DNA of 63,711 nucleotides, filler included, from Octopus bimaculoides (Eukaryota), in the NCBI RefSeq assembly GCF_001194135.2. It is 9 parts of 9 records of this genome, joined end to end, with 100 filler letters (N's around TTAATTAATTAA, not from the genome) between each part and the next. Parts side by side here need not be neighbours in the genome. Positions count along the whole stretch, not along the records: positions 23,387 to 25,011 come from NW_026325093.1; positions 25,112 to 43,561 come from NC_068986.1; 7 more parts are not named here. One strand, written 5' to 3'. Below are positions 23,642 through 36,715 of the stretch, piece by piece (the stretch's first letter is position 1; each line of letters starts with the position of its first letter). The position numbers and the translations under genes were made by a program. The notes beneath the pieces were generated by a model, which worked only from the letters and a program-made list of their open reading frames with translations, had not been told where the DNA came from and searched no databases.

Positions 23642-24476
23642 ATGCCACCCAAACGCCCCCATACCTTCTATGGCTTCTGGCAGCGAACCTAAGCGTCAGA
23701 AAAATGTTATGACGTTCCATGAGAAGGTACAACTGCTGGATATGCTTCAGAGAGATAAAAGTTATGCTGCAGCAGGTCGCTGTTATGATGTCAACGTAAG
23801 CTCTATACGCTACATAAAGAAAAATGAGGTAGCGATCATGTCTATCGTAGCTATAAGTTTCTGTGAAAGTGCCAAAAAGTAAACGACAGTGAGAAATAAG
23901 CACTTGATCAGGATGGAATCTACCGTGGCATTGTGGATCAGGGACTGCAAGAAGAAAAACATTCCCTTGAGTGCTAACATTATCCGCGAGAAAGCGCTGA
24001 AATTATACCAGAAGTTCGACAGAGGAGACGGAGCAGAAGGCATCGAAGAACCGCAACCAAGACCATTGACAGCACCGGAGCCCAAAGATTTTCAAGCCAG
24101 CAAGGAATTGTTTGACCGTTTCCAAAAACGGTTTAAAATAAAGTGTGTTTCCCTCCATGGAGAGGCAGCATCAGCCGACGAAGAGGCCGCCGAGAAGTAC
24201 CTTGAAACCTTCATGTAGATCATCGAGGACAAGGGATACAAGTCGGAACAGGCTTTCAATATGGACGAGACTGTCTTGTTCTAGAAGATGCCTTCCAGAA
24301 CATGCATCATGAAGGACGAAGCCAGAGTCTGAGGATTTAAGGCATAGAAAGATTGAATGATGCTAATTATGTATGGTAAGCCCACACATATGTGGCAAGT
24401 CCACGAACCCGAGGGCCTTCAAAAATAAGAATAAAAACCTGCTGCCTGTCCACTGGACGCACAGCCCCAAGGCTAA
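23642..24476 (+). pseudogene. Tigger/pogo (TIGD1-like) transposase remnant
   Basis: EPKRQKNVMTFHEKVQLLDML (CENP-B-type HTH), FQASKELFDRFQKRF, LHGEAASAD, FNMDET, NPRAFKNKNKNLLPVHW; several stops and frameshifts. Confidence 0.9.
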
Positions 24477-24699
24477 ACAAATTAAATTTCTATTCATCTA
24501 ACCACAAGACTTCGACCAGTCTGATAGTGTACAGTCCTTTTATTCCAGAGCAAACTGAATGTGGGAGCGTCAGTTTTTCAGACGATTGTACAGTTTGGGC
24601 TTTTTTTTTTCTTTTTTTTTTGCTTTCTGCAACACGTCTCACAAGCCCAAACTGCTTTAGTTAATTGTAGTTGATTGTGGTGGTGAAGGTGGGAAACAT

Positions 24700-24985
24700 G
24701 CCAGTGGAAGAACAGATCCCGAAGCGTAAGGGAGGATGGATAAGGCCACACGTTAGAGAAACCAATGTCTACGCGTCAAGCCCTGACCTAAAATCCACAA
24801 GGGGGGGGGGCGGAAGAGAGTACACTCTAAAGATAGCTGGAAGCAGGATACTGAAACAGAGCTGAAAAAGCAGAAATCCAACTGAAGTGGAGTCGAAAAA
24901 GCATCCCAGAATCAAGAACAACGGGGGAAAGTCGTCGATGACTCGTGCTTCATGCGTAGCGAATGGCCTAAGTTAAGGAAGTAAT
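24700..24985 (+). pseudogene. RTE ORF C-terminal fragment
   Basis: Frameshifted QIPKRKGGWI/GHTL...TRQALT*NPQG...SWKQDTETELKKQ; same RTE type as 11035-11345. Confidence 0.75.
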
Positions 24986-25131
24986 CTATATATGGCATTT
25001 GAAAATGCAAANNNNNNNNNNNNNNNNNNNNNNNNNNNNNNNNNNNNNNNNNNNNTTAATTAATTAANNNNNNNNNNNNNNNNNNNNNNNNNNNNNNNNN
25101 NNNNNNNNNNNAGGAGATGCTCGAACTCTGC

Positions 25132-25239
25132 AAGAAGTTAATAATTTTTTTTGACTAAAACACAACTGGAACCCTAAGTAAGGCATGTGTAAAATTTGAA
25201 TGAAATTGGTTGCGTAGTTCTCGAGTTTTAGGGATTCAC

Positions 25240-25278
<39 letters not shown>

Positions 25279-25303
25279 CACATTCTCATTTTTATATATA
25301 TAG
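25132..25303 (+). mobile_element. End of a non-autonomous Helitron-like (HINE/Lep1-type) element
   Basis: aaatttgaatgaaattggttgcgtagttctcgagtt + (GACA)n + ttctcatttttatatatatagat resembles this class from memory; a weaker similar end is at 16933-16985. Confidence 0.5.
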
Positions 25304-25320
25304 ATTGTGTGAGTGCGTGA

Positions 25321-25400
25321 AAGAGAGAGAAAGATAGTAGAAGAGAGAGAAAGATAGTAGAAGAGAGAGAAAGATAGTAGAAGAGAGAGAAAGATAGTAG
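25321..25400. repeat. 20-bp minisatellite x4
   Basis: aagagagagaaagatagtag repeated exactly four times. Confidence 0.95.
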
Positions 25401-25828
25401 AAGAGAGTGAGAGAAGAAGAGAGAGAGAGAGAAGAAGAGAGAGAGAGAGAAGAAGAGAGAGTGAGAAAAGAAGAAGAGAGAGAGAGAAGAAGAGAGAGGG
25501 AGAGGAAACAGACATTTGTAATATACATGTGTCAGTGAGGGTCATCTCTGATAGGAACGGAAAGCTTGCAAATGAAATCTGAAACCTAATTACTGTCATT
25601 GAAACTGTCACTTTCATACATGTCATACACATGCACAGTATGCATTCATGCATGTATATACAATGTCACCTGGTGGACGATAATTAGCTGCTTTCATTGG
25701 TCATTTCTATTCAATTATTTTATTCTTCCATACATCCTCTTATTTATTATTGTTTAGTTTTCCAGATGATTTCATGGAAACTAATTGCTTGTTTACCATT
25801 GAAATAAGGTATTTTCGTATTTGTTTAA

Positions 25829-25860
<32 letters not shown>

Positions 25861-25969
25861 CCTTTTATTATTGATAACATAGTAATTAGTTGTCATGATA
25901 GTTATTCTAGTTTTCATTTGTAACTATTGCATAGCGTGTATAGTGCGACTAGTTGTTCAATATTTATTT

Positions 25970-26418
25970 CTTTATTGCCAACAGGGGGGGGGGGCTAAAC
26001 CTAGAGGGGACAAACAAGAACATACAAAGAGATTAAGTCGATTATATCGACCCCAGTGTGTAACTGGTACTTATTTAATCGAAAGGACCCCAAAAGGATG
26101 AAAGGCAAAGTTGACTTTGGCAGAATTTGAACTCAGAACATAACAGCAGACAAAATACTGCTAAGCATTTCACCTGGCATGCTAACAATTCTTATTTCTT
26201 TATTGCCCACAAGGGGCTAAACATAGAAGGGACAAACAAGGACAGACAAAGGGATTAAGTCGATTACATCGACTCCAGTGTGCAACTGGTACTTAATTTA
26301 TCGACCTCGAAAGGATGAAAGGCAAAGTCAACCTCGGCGGAATTTGAACTCAGAACGCAACGGCAGACGAAATACCACTAAGCATTTCGCCCGGTGTGCT
26401 AACAATTCTCCCAGTTCG
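25970..26418 (-). mobile_element. SINE family C head-to-tail dimer
   Basis: Two ~220-bp monomers; junction aaataag|aattgttagc at 26190/26191. Confidence 0.85.
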
Positions 26419-27062
26419 CTGCCCTCTAGTTGTTTGNNNNNNNNNNNNNNNNNNNNNNNNNNNNNNNNNNNNNNNNNNNNNNNNNNNNNNNNNNNNNNNN
26501 NNNNNNNNNNNNNNNNNNNNNNNNNNNNNNNNNNNNNNNNNNNNNNNNNNNNNNNNNNNNNNNNNNNNNNNNNNNNNNNNNNNNNNNNNNNNNNNNNNNN
26601 NNNNNNNNNNNNNNNNNNNNNNNNNNNNNNNNNNNNNNNNNNNNNNNNNNNNNNNNNNNNNNNNNNNNNNNNNNNNNNNNNNNNNNNNNNNNNNNNNNNN
26701 NNNNNNNNNNNNNNNNNNNNNNNNNNNNNNNNNNNNNNNNNNNNNNNNNNNNNNNNNNNNNNNNNNNNNNNNNNNNNNNNNNNNNNNNNNNNNNNNNNNN
26801 NNNNNNNNNNNNNNNNNNNNNNNNNNNNNNNNNNNNNNNNNNNNNNNNNNNNNNNNNNNNNNNNNNNNNNNTATATATATATATATATATATATATATGG
26901 GTAGCATGAATAAAAATGTCCATAGACTGCAAATATTCAACGTGCAAGAATAAGAATAGGTTTTTCATGGTTTGGGACTTAACTCCTATTTCTAACATGT
27001 TGGAAAACCACTTAGTGGCTTTTCCCCTCCGTGTATAATTTTTATACACACATATAATATAT

Positions 27063-27093
<31 letters not shown>

Positions 27094-27098
27094 TATAT

Positions 27099-27140
27099 AA
27101 TCAAAATAAGCAACAGAATATCCTGTTGCTTATTTTGATT
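27099..27140. repeat. Perfect 18-bp inverted repeat with 6-nt spacer
   Basis: aatcaaaataagcaacag-aatatc-ctgttgcttattttgatt. Confidence 0.95.
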
Positions 27141-27241
27141 TTATTTACCTGCGGATAATACCAGACTGATTTGGTGCTTCAACTTAAGTACCTAATTCAA
27201 CTGAATCTCAGTTATTTCTAATATATATATTTATATATATT

Positions 27242-27273
<32 letters not shown>

Positions 27274-27389
27274 TGTATGTGTAAGTATATATTTGTAATG
27301 ATTTTATCTTTGAGGAGAATGTTTTTTAGTAGATTGAAGCTTCGTTCTAGGAAGCAATGCAAGTCTGATGTGAAGTGTCTAGATTAAAT

Positions 27390-27560
27390 GAAGCTGATGG
27401 CATTGTGTGCATAAGGTTAACATTATACATTGAGGAGTAATACCATGCATGTTATTAATGTACAGAAGGTAAAACTGAAACAGTGCAGGAAACATAATGA
27501 ATCCCTGAGGTAGACCAGAATTGATCAGATGAGGATCAAAGAGAGCACTAACAGCACATG
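27390..27560 (-). pseudogene. Degenerate non-LTR RT fragment (CR1/L2/jockey type)
   Basis: INSGLPQGFIMFPALFQFYLLYINNM resembles SGVPQGSxLGPxLFLLYINDL; frameshifted YAHNA sits at the YADD position. Confidence 0.5.
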
Positions 27561-27793
27561 GCAAAGTGATGATAATGACATTTGATGACTCAAATGTTAC
27601 CTTCCAGTTGTCTAATCAGACTTTCATTTTGGCAAAGTCTCTGTTTAAGCCAGCTACTGTCGCATTGCTGCACCTAGCTAAGTTAACCCATAAGCAACAA
27701 ATGATGTCTAATTCTAGTGACAATCCATCATATAGCCTTCCCCATATGTGTGTGTGCACGTGCATGTGTGTGTGTGCGCGCATGTGTGTTTGT

Positions 27794-27843
<50 letters not shown>

Positions 27844-27935
27844 GTACAGTCAAAAGGTAACAGCTAGAAATGCCCAGTATAGAAAACACATAGTTGTGCT
27901 CAAGTGTATGTGTGTACATGTTTGTGTGTGTGTGC

Positions 27936-28030
<95 letters not shown>

Positions 28031-29292
28031 CTCAGTCAGAGCTAGCTTTTCTGCTTCTCAGTTTCATTTCAAAGACAATTGTTCCCTCATAAAAATATGT
28101 TTCTGACAGAACCTAACGAAATAAAAATAACGATAATAGCAATTGTTTGATGTTATTCTCACCAAAGATAATTAGTCATGTTATCGAATATGTTGTCTGT
28201 AGAAAATCTGTATTTGCTGTCAGCACAGGAAAGCAATCTAGCCAAAAGCAAACGAAATGACTAAAATATAAACTGGGCCTCTATTCTATTGAGCCAGTCA
28301 TGTTTTCTTTTGGCTTCAGAACTATGAAAACAAGACAGGTGGGCAGGGTTTGATCATTTCATTACTTATAAATAGTATTTGACTTGGTGACACACAGATA
28401 CACACACACACATACACACACACACATGCAACATGATACTGACATAAGCACAAATATCTATACAAAGTAATATTTAAACAGAACTGTTTCTCAATACCAG
28501 CTATGCACCAGTAACACACTGTCCATTGAATATTTCTAATTATTTTCCCATTTATTTTTATTATTTACTATATTCATTCATTTATTATTTTTTTTATCTA
28601 TTTCCGTTTTAGAATTTGTTTTATTAATTTTGTTAGCAACATGATGAAATAATGGGCAGGCCTGAAGCTGTTCTGTCTATTCATGGTGAAAAGGAAGATG
28701 AAGGAGTTCCAATTCTTTTATTGTTATAGTTTCTAAAATTTTAGTTATATTGAGATTAGGATTCACTCAGTTTCTCTATGAGACATAGTTAGGTAAGCCA
28801 CACCTTTATTGTTTGATTTTTTTTTTTTTCATTGTCAGACTACTACATCAACCAGTTTAAAGTAGTTTAATTTGAGTTTATTGTATTTGCTTAAGAAAAC
28901 AGCCCAAACAAAACCTGTAATATAAACCGTGGCAATCAATTTGTTCAAGGTATACTAATTATTTTTCATTACTATATCATTTCATGCTTTGATATATCAT
29001 TTTCCTTTATCTATATAAAGTATTGTTTTTTCATCCATCAGTTCAATGGGTAGGTTTTCTAAACTTGGTTTAATAAATAACATAAATGTTTAAATGTTAG
29101 TTTTAAAAGCATGGGCGTTAATGTTTCTTGGTGCTTTCGTCCCTCAAGATGATACTTATTTTTAAAACCACCAGAATAGTGAAGTGGCAGAAGCTATAAG
29201 ATGTTAGGGCACTCAATTATGAGTCTATTGTATCTCATTGCAGAAACAGCTGTAAGCTAATGAACTTACTAAGCTTATTCCTTTGCCATCTC

Positions 29293-29354
<62 letters not shown>

Positions 29355-29711
29355 TTTATATATATGCCTATATATTTATATATGTATATATATATATGCA
29401 CATATATAAATATATATATATATTTATGTATGTATCATGCTAACATAGAAGGGGAACATTAAACAATGATGATGATGATGATGTATATATATATTTATAT
29501 ATAGGAAGTTAGTAAGCTTCAAGCAATCCATAGAAGATATAAATAAACAACTTTCAGGAACAATAGTGGTTTATTGACGCAGAAGGTTGTGAATTTTTCC
29601 CGTATTGAAGCTGAAAAATGTTAATTTTATAGTTCATGGTTAGCAACAAGGATTGTTGTATATGCGATCCTTAATTCCTGGATGTTTAATCACACACATG
29701 TACACACACAG

Positions 29712-29748
<37 letters not shown>

Positions 29749-29847
29749 TTTATTAATAAAGTATATTACTCTACCTCTGGTATTTGAACACTATTTTTTC
29801 CACTTCGTTTCGCATTTATGTGCTTACTCTGGTATATATATAAATAC

Positions 29848-29897
<50 letters not shown>

Positions 29898-31081
29898 ATT
29901 TGAAAAACCTACACGACTAGGTGAAAAGCGTTTCATTTAATATGTGACATTAATAAAAATCTGTAAATGTACAAACATTCAGGTTTCTGAGTACCTTAAT
30001 TAATTTTTTTCTATATAATTTCTGTACATCACCTTCAAACCTTCAAATATATATATATATATATATATATATANNNNNNNNNNNNNNNNNNNNNNNNNNN
30101 NNNNNNNNNNNNNNNNNNNNNNNNNNNNNNNNNNNNNNNNNNNNNNNNNNNNNNNNNNNNNNNNNNNNNNNNNNNNNNNNNNNNNNNNNNNNNNNNNNNN
30201 NNNNNNNNNNNNNNNNNNNNNNNNNNNNNNNNNNNNNNNNNNNNNNNNNNNNNNNNNNNNNNNNNNNNNNNNNNNNNNNNNNNNNNNNNNNNNNNNNNNN
30301 NNNNNNNNNNNNNNNNNNNNNNNNNNNNNNNNNNNNNNNNNNNNNNNNNNNNNNNNNNNNNNNNNNNNNNNNNNNNNNNNNNNNNNNNNNNNNNNTATAT
30401 ATATATATACATACACATATATATATATACATACATATATCCATACATATATATATCTTATATACATACATGCATACATGCATACATACATACATACATA
30501 CATACATACATACATACATACATACATACATACATACACACATACATATAGATATTGTTATAAATGAATATAAGCCATACTATCATAATAAACCTGAAAA
30601 AATTTAGGATTTTCACGATGCTTTGGCATGGAAAATAGAGTGAGGATATAAATGTAGTAGTAATTTGAACAAGAAGCTTATAAATTTGTGAGTTCCCTGG
30701 AGATTTTAGCAATATAAATATTTGATTTTTCGTTGCATTCATATTATTACTCATTTGGTTTGCCTGCATCATTTACACTCAAAATACCAGCTGCTGTTGA
30801 GTATTATTTGTACAATAGGTCCGTTGGCAGAATGGACAGGTAAAGCAGACGTACAATATTGATCGTTTTGATAAATTGACATAATTATGCTTCCAATCAG
30901 TGGCCATTCTCACCGTGAGAAAATAACAATTGATCTTTGATCTCTGTTGGAATAGGATTGGCAAAACTGAAAATAGTTATCCCTTACAATAGGGAAAATT
31001 AATTATTTACTCTGAATAGAATGAGGGAGGAAAAATAATTTAGTAGAGGAAAACCAGATTTGTTTATCTTTGTACATGTGT

Positions 31082-31120
<39 letters not shown>

Positions 31121-31414
31121 NNNNNNNNNNNNNNNNNNNNNNNNNNNNNNNNNNNNNNNNNNNNNNNNNNNNNNNNNNNNNNNNNNNNNNNNNNNNNNNN
31201 NNNNNNNNNNNNNNNNNNNNNNNNNNNNNNNNNNNNNNNNNNNNNNNNNNNNNNNNNNNNNNNNNNNNNNNNNNNNNNNNNNNNNNNNNNNNNNNNNNNN
31301 NNNNNNNNNNNNNNNNNNNNNNNNNNNNNNNNNNNNNNNNNNNNNNNNNNNNNNNNNNNNNNNNNNNNNNNNNNNNNNNNNNNNNNNNNNNNNNNNNNNN
31401 NNNNNNNNNNNNNN

Positions 31415-31460
<46 letters not shown>

Positions 31461-32822
31461 ATTGTGTATGTGTGTGTGTGTGTGTGCATGTGTGTATGTG
31501 TGTGTGTGAAGCAATACAACACGCTGTTCTATCCAACATATGTATAATGTCATTTCATAGTGTATATGTGTGTAACATAGAATACTGATCGTCATCATCA
31601 TAAAAATCCTCCTCCTCCTCCTCCTCCTCCATCCATTTTCCACCCTGGCATGAGTTGGATAGGTCTTGTCATTCACCGAGGTCTACATCATCCAGCACAA
31701 ACGACAGTAGAGTAAACTGACCAGCTCTGTTATCATGTATATCCTACAGTGTGAACTGAGTGCAATTTATATCACAGACCTTAAAGAGACTGTCCCATGT
31801 GGGAAGATTAAAGAGACCTCTTTTTCCTGAATTCAGAATTACAACTGTTCTTGATAGGTAATCTGCAGTGCAACGTGCAGAGTACATATCTCCCCTATAC
31901 ATTCCATAAATATTAAATAGATGCGTATATCAACAAACATATATTGAGAGAAAGCAAATAGTAAGAGTCATTTGGGAATTTAATCTACATCATACCCTAG
32001 TTTAATATGCAAGTACATTACAACTATGTTACCAGCCATTCACTAATTTCATGCAGACATAATCAGAACTTATCATTTTACCAAACACTTCATTCTGTTA
32101 GGTTGAATATATGCTACAGATATCAGATATCTAATTTGACTTCTGTGTTTATGTGTGTAAATACTATCGACTCAAACACAACTTGGTCCTATACTTGAAG
32201 TATTCAAAAGATTATCCGTGAAAAGAGACACTGGAATAGTTTACACTGGAATAGTTTCATACTACTTTCTGCAAGGAGACAGGAGACCTAAGAGTGTCTT
32301 TAGATTGTTTGATGCTACACTTAATAAGGAGGAGACTTAAAATGAAAAACTATTTGCCCTTATGAGAAACTAGACAAGTAATTTGAGTTTCTCAGGCAGA
32401 CACAGGCTCAAAATATTATTTATTGCAAATGTGAAATCATGACACAAGAGCTAGGTAGTTCAATATTTTAGCCACTGTTCAATATTTTATCCCCTATATA
32501 AAATTTTCTCTTAGAACATTGGTTTAAAGGCTTGTAACTTTCCCAATTTCTCTTTTAAGATTTGAGATTAGTAGTTCCAGCATCATAATTAGCATCATGT
32601 ATTGAGTGTAATATCAATGCTTCTAATGTTTTTACTCACTGGCAAGCTTAGTCCTAAGCCAACTCTAGTTATAATCCTCGCTGTTAGCTTCCATTTAAAG
32701 CCCCAAGATTTATTTTGCACTTTTAGTTATTCATGACTTATAAAACTTAACAAGCAAGAATATATCATCTTAAATGTTAAAGCAATATCTTAAATTTGAA
32801 TTTCATGCAAAGTATAAGATTC

Positions 32823-33426
32823 GGATCTTTTTTAAAACGGGGTCCACATTTTTCATTAATGTTTTACGTAGTGTTTTTGGTACCGAAAGACTTTCAAACT
32901 TCGTATACTCATCTATTTTGTGTTATAGAACAGAAAAATATTTTTGTATTCGAATTTATTTCATGTAAAAAATTGTCTTATTTCGATAATTTCAACCAAT
33001 CACTGACAAGTATTCAGTTGTTTACATTTACTCCTTGGCTGATTAAGCAATGTAAAGCGTATTTAATCTCCATACCTTCGTTTTATTTGCTTTTTTCATT
33101 TTAAATTTGCTTTAACCCTAGCCCTAACCCTAGGGTTAGGGTTAGGGTTAGGGTTAGGGTTAGAGTTAGGGTTAGGGTTAGGGTTAATTGTTTCAGAATC
33201 GTTTGTTTATGTAGTCGGCACTCAATGTATATCGGCTGAATGGACGTCAGTGATTGGTTGAAATTACAGAAATACGACAACTTTAACATGGAATAATTTA
33301 TGGATTTCTTCTTTTTTTTAAGAAGACTAAGAGAAAAAGATGTTTTATATGACACATTCTACCAGTGTTCCAAGTTTCAAAGTGTTTCGTTAATGAAAAA
33401 TGTGGCCCCCGTTTTAAAAAAGATCC
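32823..33426. mobile_element. 604-bp MITE with 37-bp TIRs and 8-bp TSD (Merlin-like)
   Basis: TIRs 32823-32859 and 33390-33426 match 36/37 and begin GG; exact TSD taagattc at 32815-32822 and 33427-33434; further imperfect subterminal inverted similarity. Confidence 0.85.
33113..33186. repeat. Telomere-like (CCCTAA)n/(TTAGGG)n inverted array inside the MITE
   Basis: taaccctagccctaaccc|tagggttagggttaggg... with palindromic centre aaccctagggtt at 33126-33137. Confidence 0.95.
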
Positions 33427-34828
33427 TAAGATTCCACTTTAATCACAGCACTTTGATGCACTTTTAGAAACTAAGATGAAAGCTACAAATATTACAAATG
33501 AAATGATATTTTTAACCCCTTTAGATACAGAGTATTAAACAGCATTTTAAACTTTCCAAATGGTGATTCTCTGTAGCACACACAACACACATGCACATAC
33601 ATACACACATGTGCAAACTGATTCCATCTGTGAATTACATTCAGGGTTCATGTGCTTGTTGAATATCCAATCACTTATATGGTGATTCAATAATATATAT
33701 GTAATATATAAAATCACTGATCCTCAATTACACTATGCTTACAGACTTACAGACACATATCTTTATATATATCACAGGTTTTTGTTCATTTCTTTAAGTT
33801 AGATCTAGTCATATTCAAACGGTGGGTGGCTTCTTCTTTGCTTTGCACTGTTGGTTAGTTTGAAACAAACAATGTCTACTTTACTGCACATGTTTTCAGT
33901 TAAGTTAACCTCTCACTTAGGTAAATTTTTGTTGAAAAATATTAAAAAATGGTAAGAAAGCAGTGTCTGTGGAATCTTACAGAAACAGAAGTAGTCTGAG
34001 TAGAGTAAGAGAGAGACAGACAGACAGATAGACAGACAGAGACAGACAGACAGAGGGTAATGAAGTGACATAACAGCAATCCATGATTTTAATATTGCAT
34101 AACATCTTTATTGCGTTATGCTTAAAAATGAAAACCACCAAACTGCACAGGAAAAATGTGGTTATGTATTTTAGACACAATTGGTAAATTGTAATATTGT
34201 AAAATTGGTTTGGTAAATTAGAATGTAAGATAGGAAAATCTAGAGATACTAATTTTCTTGAAGAGATATTTTTAGAGTATTTTAAACTCTGTTGCTTCTG
34301 TGTATCTGTTTTGACTGTTTCCAGATCTGTAATATCATTTACATATTCCAGGAGATTTACTTTTGGTGAAGCAAACTTTTAAAAGTTATTTTCCTGTATG
34401 TTTTTCATTTTGTTTGCTGTATTATCTGATTTACTGCCAAAGAAAGGTAAAACAAATTAGTTGTTATTAGTAGCTTTTTTTTTTCCAAGTGATATTACTC
34501 ATGTTTGTGGATTACTGTAAAGTATTACTTCCATTTTATGCAGGTGGTGTTGTTTACGAAGTTTGTTAGGAAAAAAAATTTGGTATTTCTTTCTGGAATA
34601 TCTCCATGAAGCTCCAAAAGTAATTTGTCATAGTCTAAGACAGTCAGAGGCAAACTGTGGCCCATGGGACTTTCCAAATAGCACACCTAATGAAAAATTA
34701 CCTTGAAATTTTTTTAGTTGTGCAACCTTCCTGATGGTAAGCTATGTCTTATGTGGTCTGCTTCTTGAAAACAGGTTGTTCATGCCAGGTTTAAGATATA
34801 TTACTTTTTGGTTGATATATGTGGTTCT

Positions 34829-35072
34829 CAGTGGTTCTCAATCAGGGTCCAGAAGATTTTGTGGTTAAAATTTATCTACAATAAATTTGTTATACTTCTA
34901 CAATTCATGAAATATCTTAAGAATGTTTTTATACAATTCCTAATGATATTTAATTATAAAATTATAATAGGACATTTTAAACATCGAATGGCTAGGAGGG
35001 TTCATCTGAATAAAATCTGAGTAAAATAGGAATAAAAGGGGTCCATAAGTTAAAAATGGTTGAAAGACACTG
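34829..35072. mobile_element. hAT/Charlie-like MITE
   Basis: Ends CAGTGGTTCTCAA...GGTTGAAAGACACTG; no clear TSD. Confidence 0.55.
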
Positions 35073-36715
35073 GTTTAACCAATATATGTTTAGGGAGAAA
35101 ACGTTGCATCTTATTTTCAATTAGATCTTGGAGAAATCAACTTCACCTAGGTCAGTGTAATTTCTTTAAATGTAATTTGGTTCTTAGCAGTCAAAAATAT
35201 AACTGATCCTTACCTAACATACTAAAAATGATTCCATGAAAAAATATTTGAAAACTTATCTGTCCGAATGGTAAATCAGAATGTCAGATAGAAGAACAAA
35301 GTCTAAAGATGCTAATTTTGTTTTAAGAGATATTTTTTTAGAGAATTTTAAACTTTGTTGTTATGATGTTAACACTTAGGAACATTCCAGAACAATAATA
35401 TCATTTATATATGGCATGTGATAAACCTACTCTAGAGCTAGGCTATGATTACAGTATAGTTTAGTTTTTTGTTGTAAGCTTTCATATGATTAAGATTTTG
35501 CTAAAGGTTAAAAGAACTCAGCTAACAGAACACATACTATTCTCTGACTAGTAATTTTCAATAGTTTTTCTTAGATATTATATACTTTCTGTTTTCTTTA
35601 CAGAGTTGAAAAATATTATCATTTAGACAGTGAAGCATGAATATCTTTGTTTTATGTAAGATACAAATTTACCTCTACTATAGTGAATTGTATCCTCATG
35701 CAAGAATTACACAATTCAGTCACATGGAGTTCTTGACTAAATTCAGGATTAATGAATACTTATTTGATTTCGCTATTATTTCTAGCAAGTCAAGCCCTAT
35801 GCAGAGTCTCCATTGGTAGTTGTTGCTTATCATTGACTGAACCACCTTGTGATGAAAACCATTCCAGCCATGACAAGTTTATCTTTATATAAGTATTTTA
35901 GGACTGCATTATCCGATGTGTTTTTTACCTTCCTTAAGATGGTAATGTGATTTGAGGGAAATTTGCTTGCTATTTCTTGCAGGTCGAGTAATCTTGTATA
36001 TACTCACTCAGTATTTTAAATTAGCCATTGTGTAACTACAAACCAAAGTCAATAGTTATTAATGAGATGTTACTAGTAATTGTATAGTTTTATTTTGATG
36101 TTAAGGTTTAAAGCTAGTTTTAGGATGTTGCTGGCATAATCTGCATTGGTTGCTTTCATGTTTACTGAGGCCTGCTAGAATGCTTTTAGGGAAACATAGT
36201 AAGCCAATAACTTAGAACATTAGGAATAACTTGTAAGAATCTTGTCAATTGTCAAATTGATGGCCATTCAAGACACTATTCAAGACTGATTGTATATAAA
36301 TTACTTTGAGAAGGAAAGAGTAAAGAAAGGACATTATCAATTGTTAAGTTTACTCAACAACAATTGACAGCATTCCTTTCCATTCATGTACCATTTCTTT
36401 CTGTTCAGTAATAAAACTAAATATAATGCACTGTGTTCTGTGTTCATATTAACACAAAGCATATTTACAATTCATGATGTATTCTTTTATTCATTTACTG
36501 GCTTCAGTCATTGGACTACAACCATGCAGAGGCACAGATGTCAAAAGAATTAGTTAATTATATTGACCTCTGTTCGGTTAAACTTACATTGTTGATATCT
36601 ACAATCAAATAGATAAAATTCCTTTTTTTGATGTAAAGGGATGCAATTTGACACACCAGTTTAGACCAATATATATATATATGAGGTAGTCTTTATGAAA
36701 CATTGTAAGGCATAA

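Noticed and set aside
23642-24476. Domesticated TIGD1/CENP-B-like gene
   Set aside because: Multiple stops, frameshifts and truncation of the DDE domain.
29244-29251. 8-nt microexon (ttgcAG|aaacagct|GTAAGC)
   Set aside because: Frame-shifting length, and such signal pairs are expected by chance in 64 kb.
33113-33186. Telomere array as a chromosome-fusion scar
   Set aside because: It is short, lies inside a TIR/TSD-bounded element, and is oriented CCCTAA then TTAGGG, the reverse of a fusion signature.
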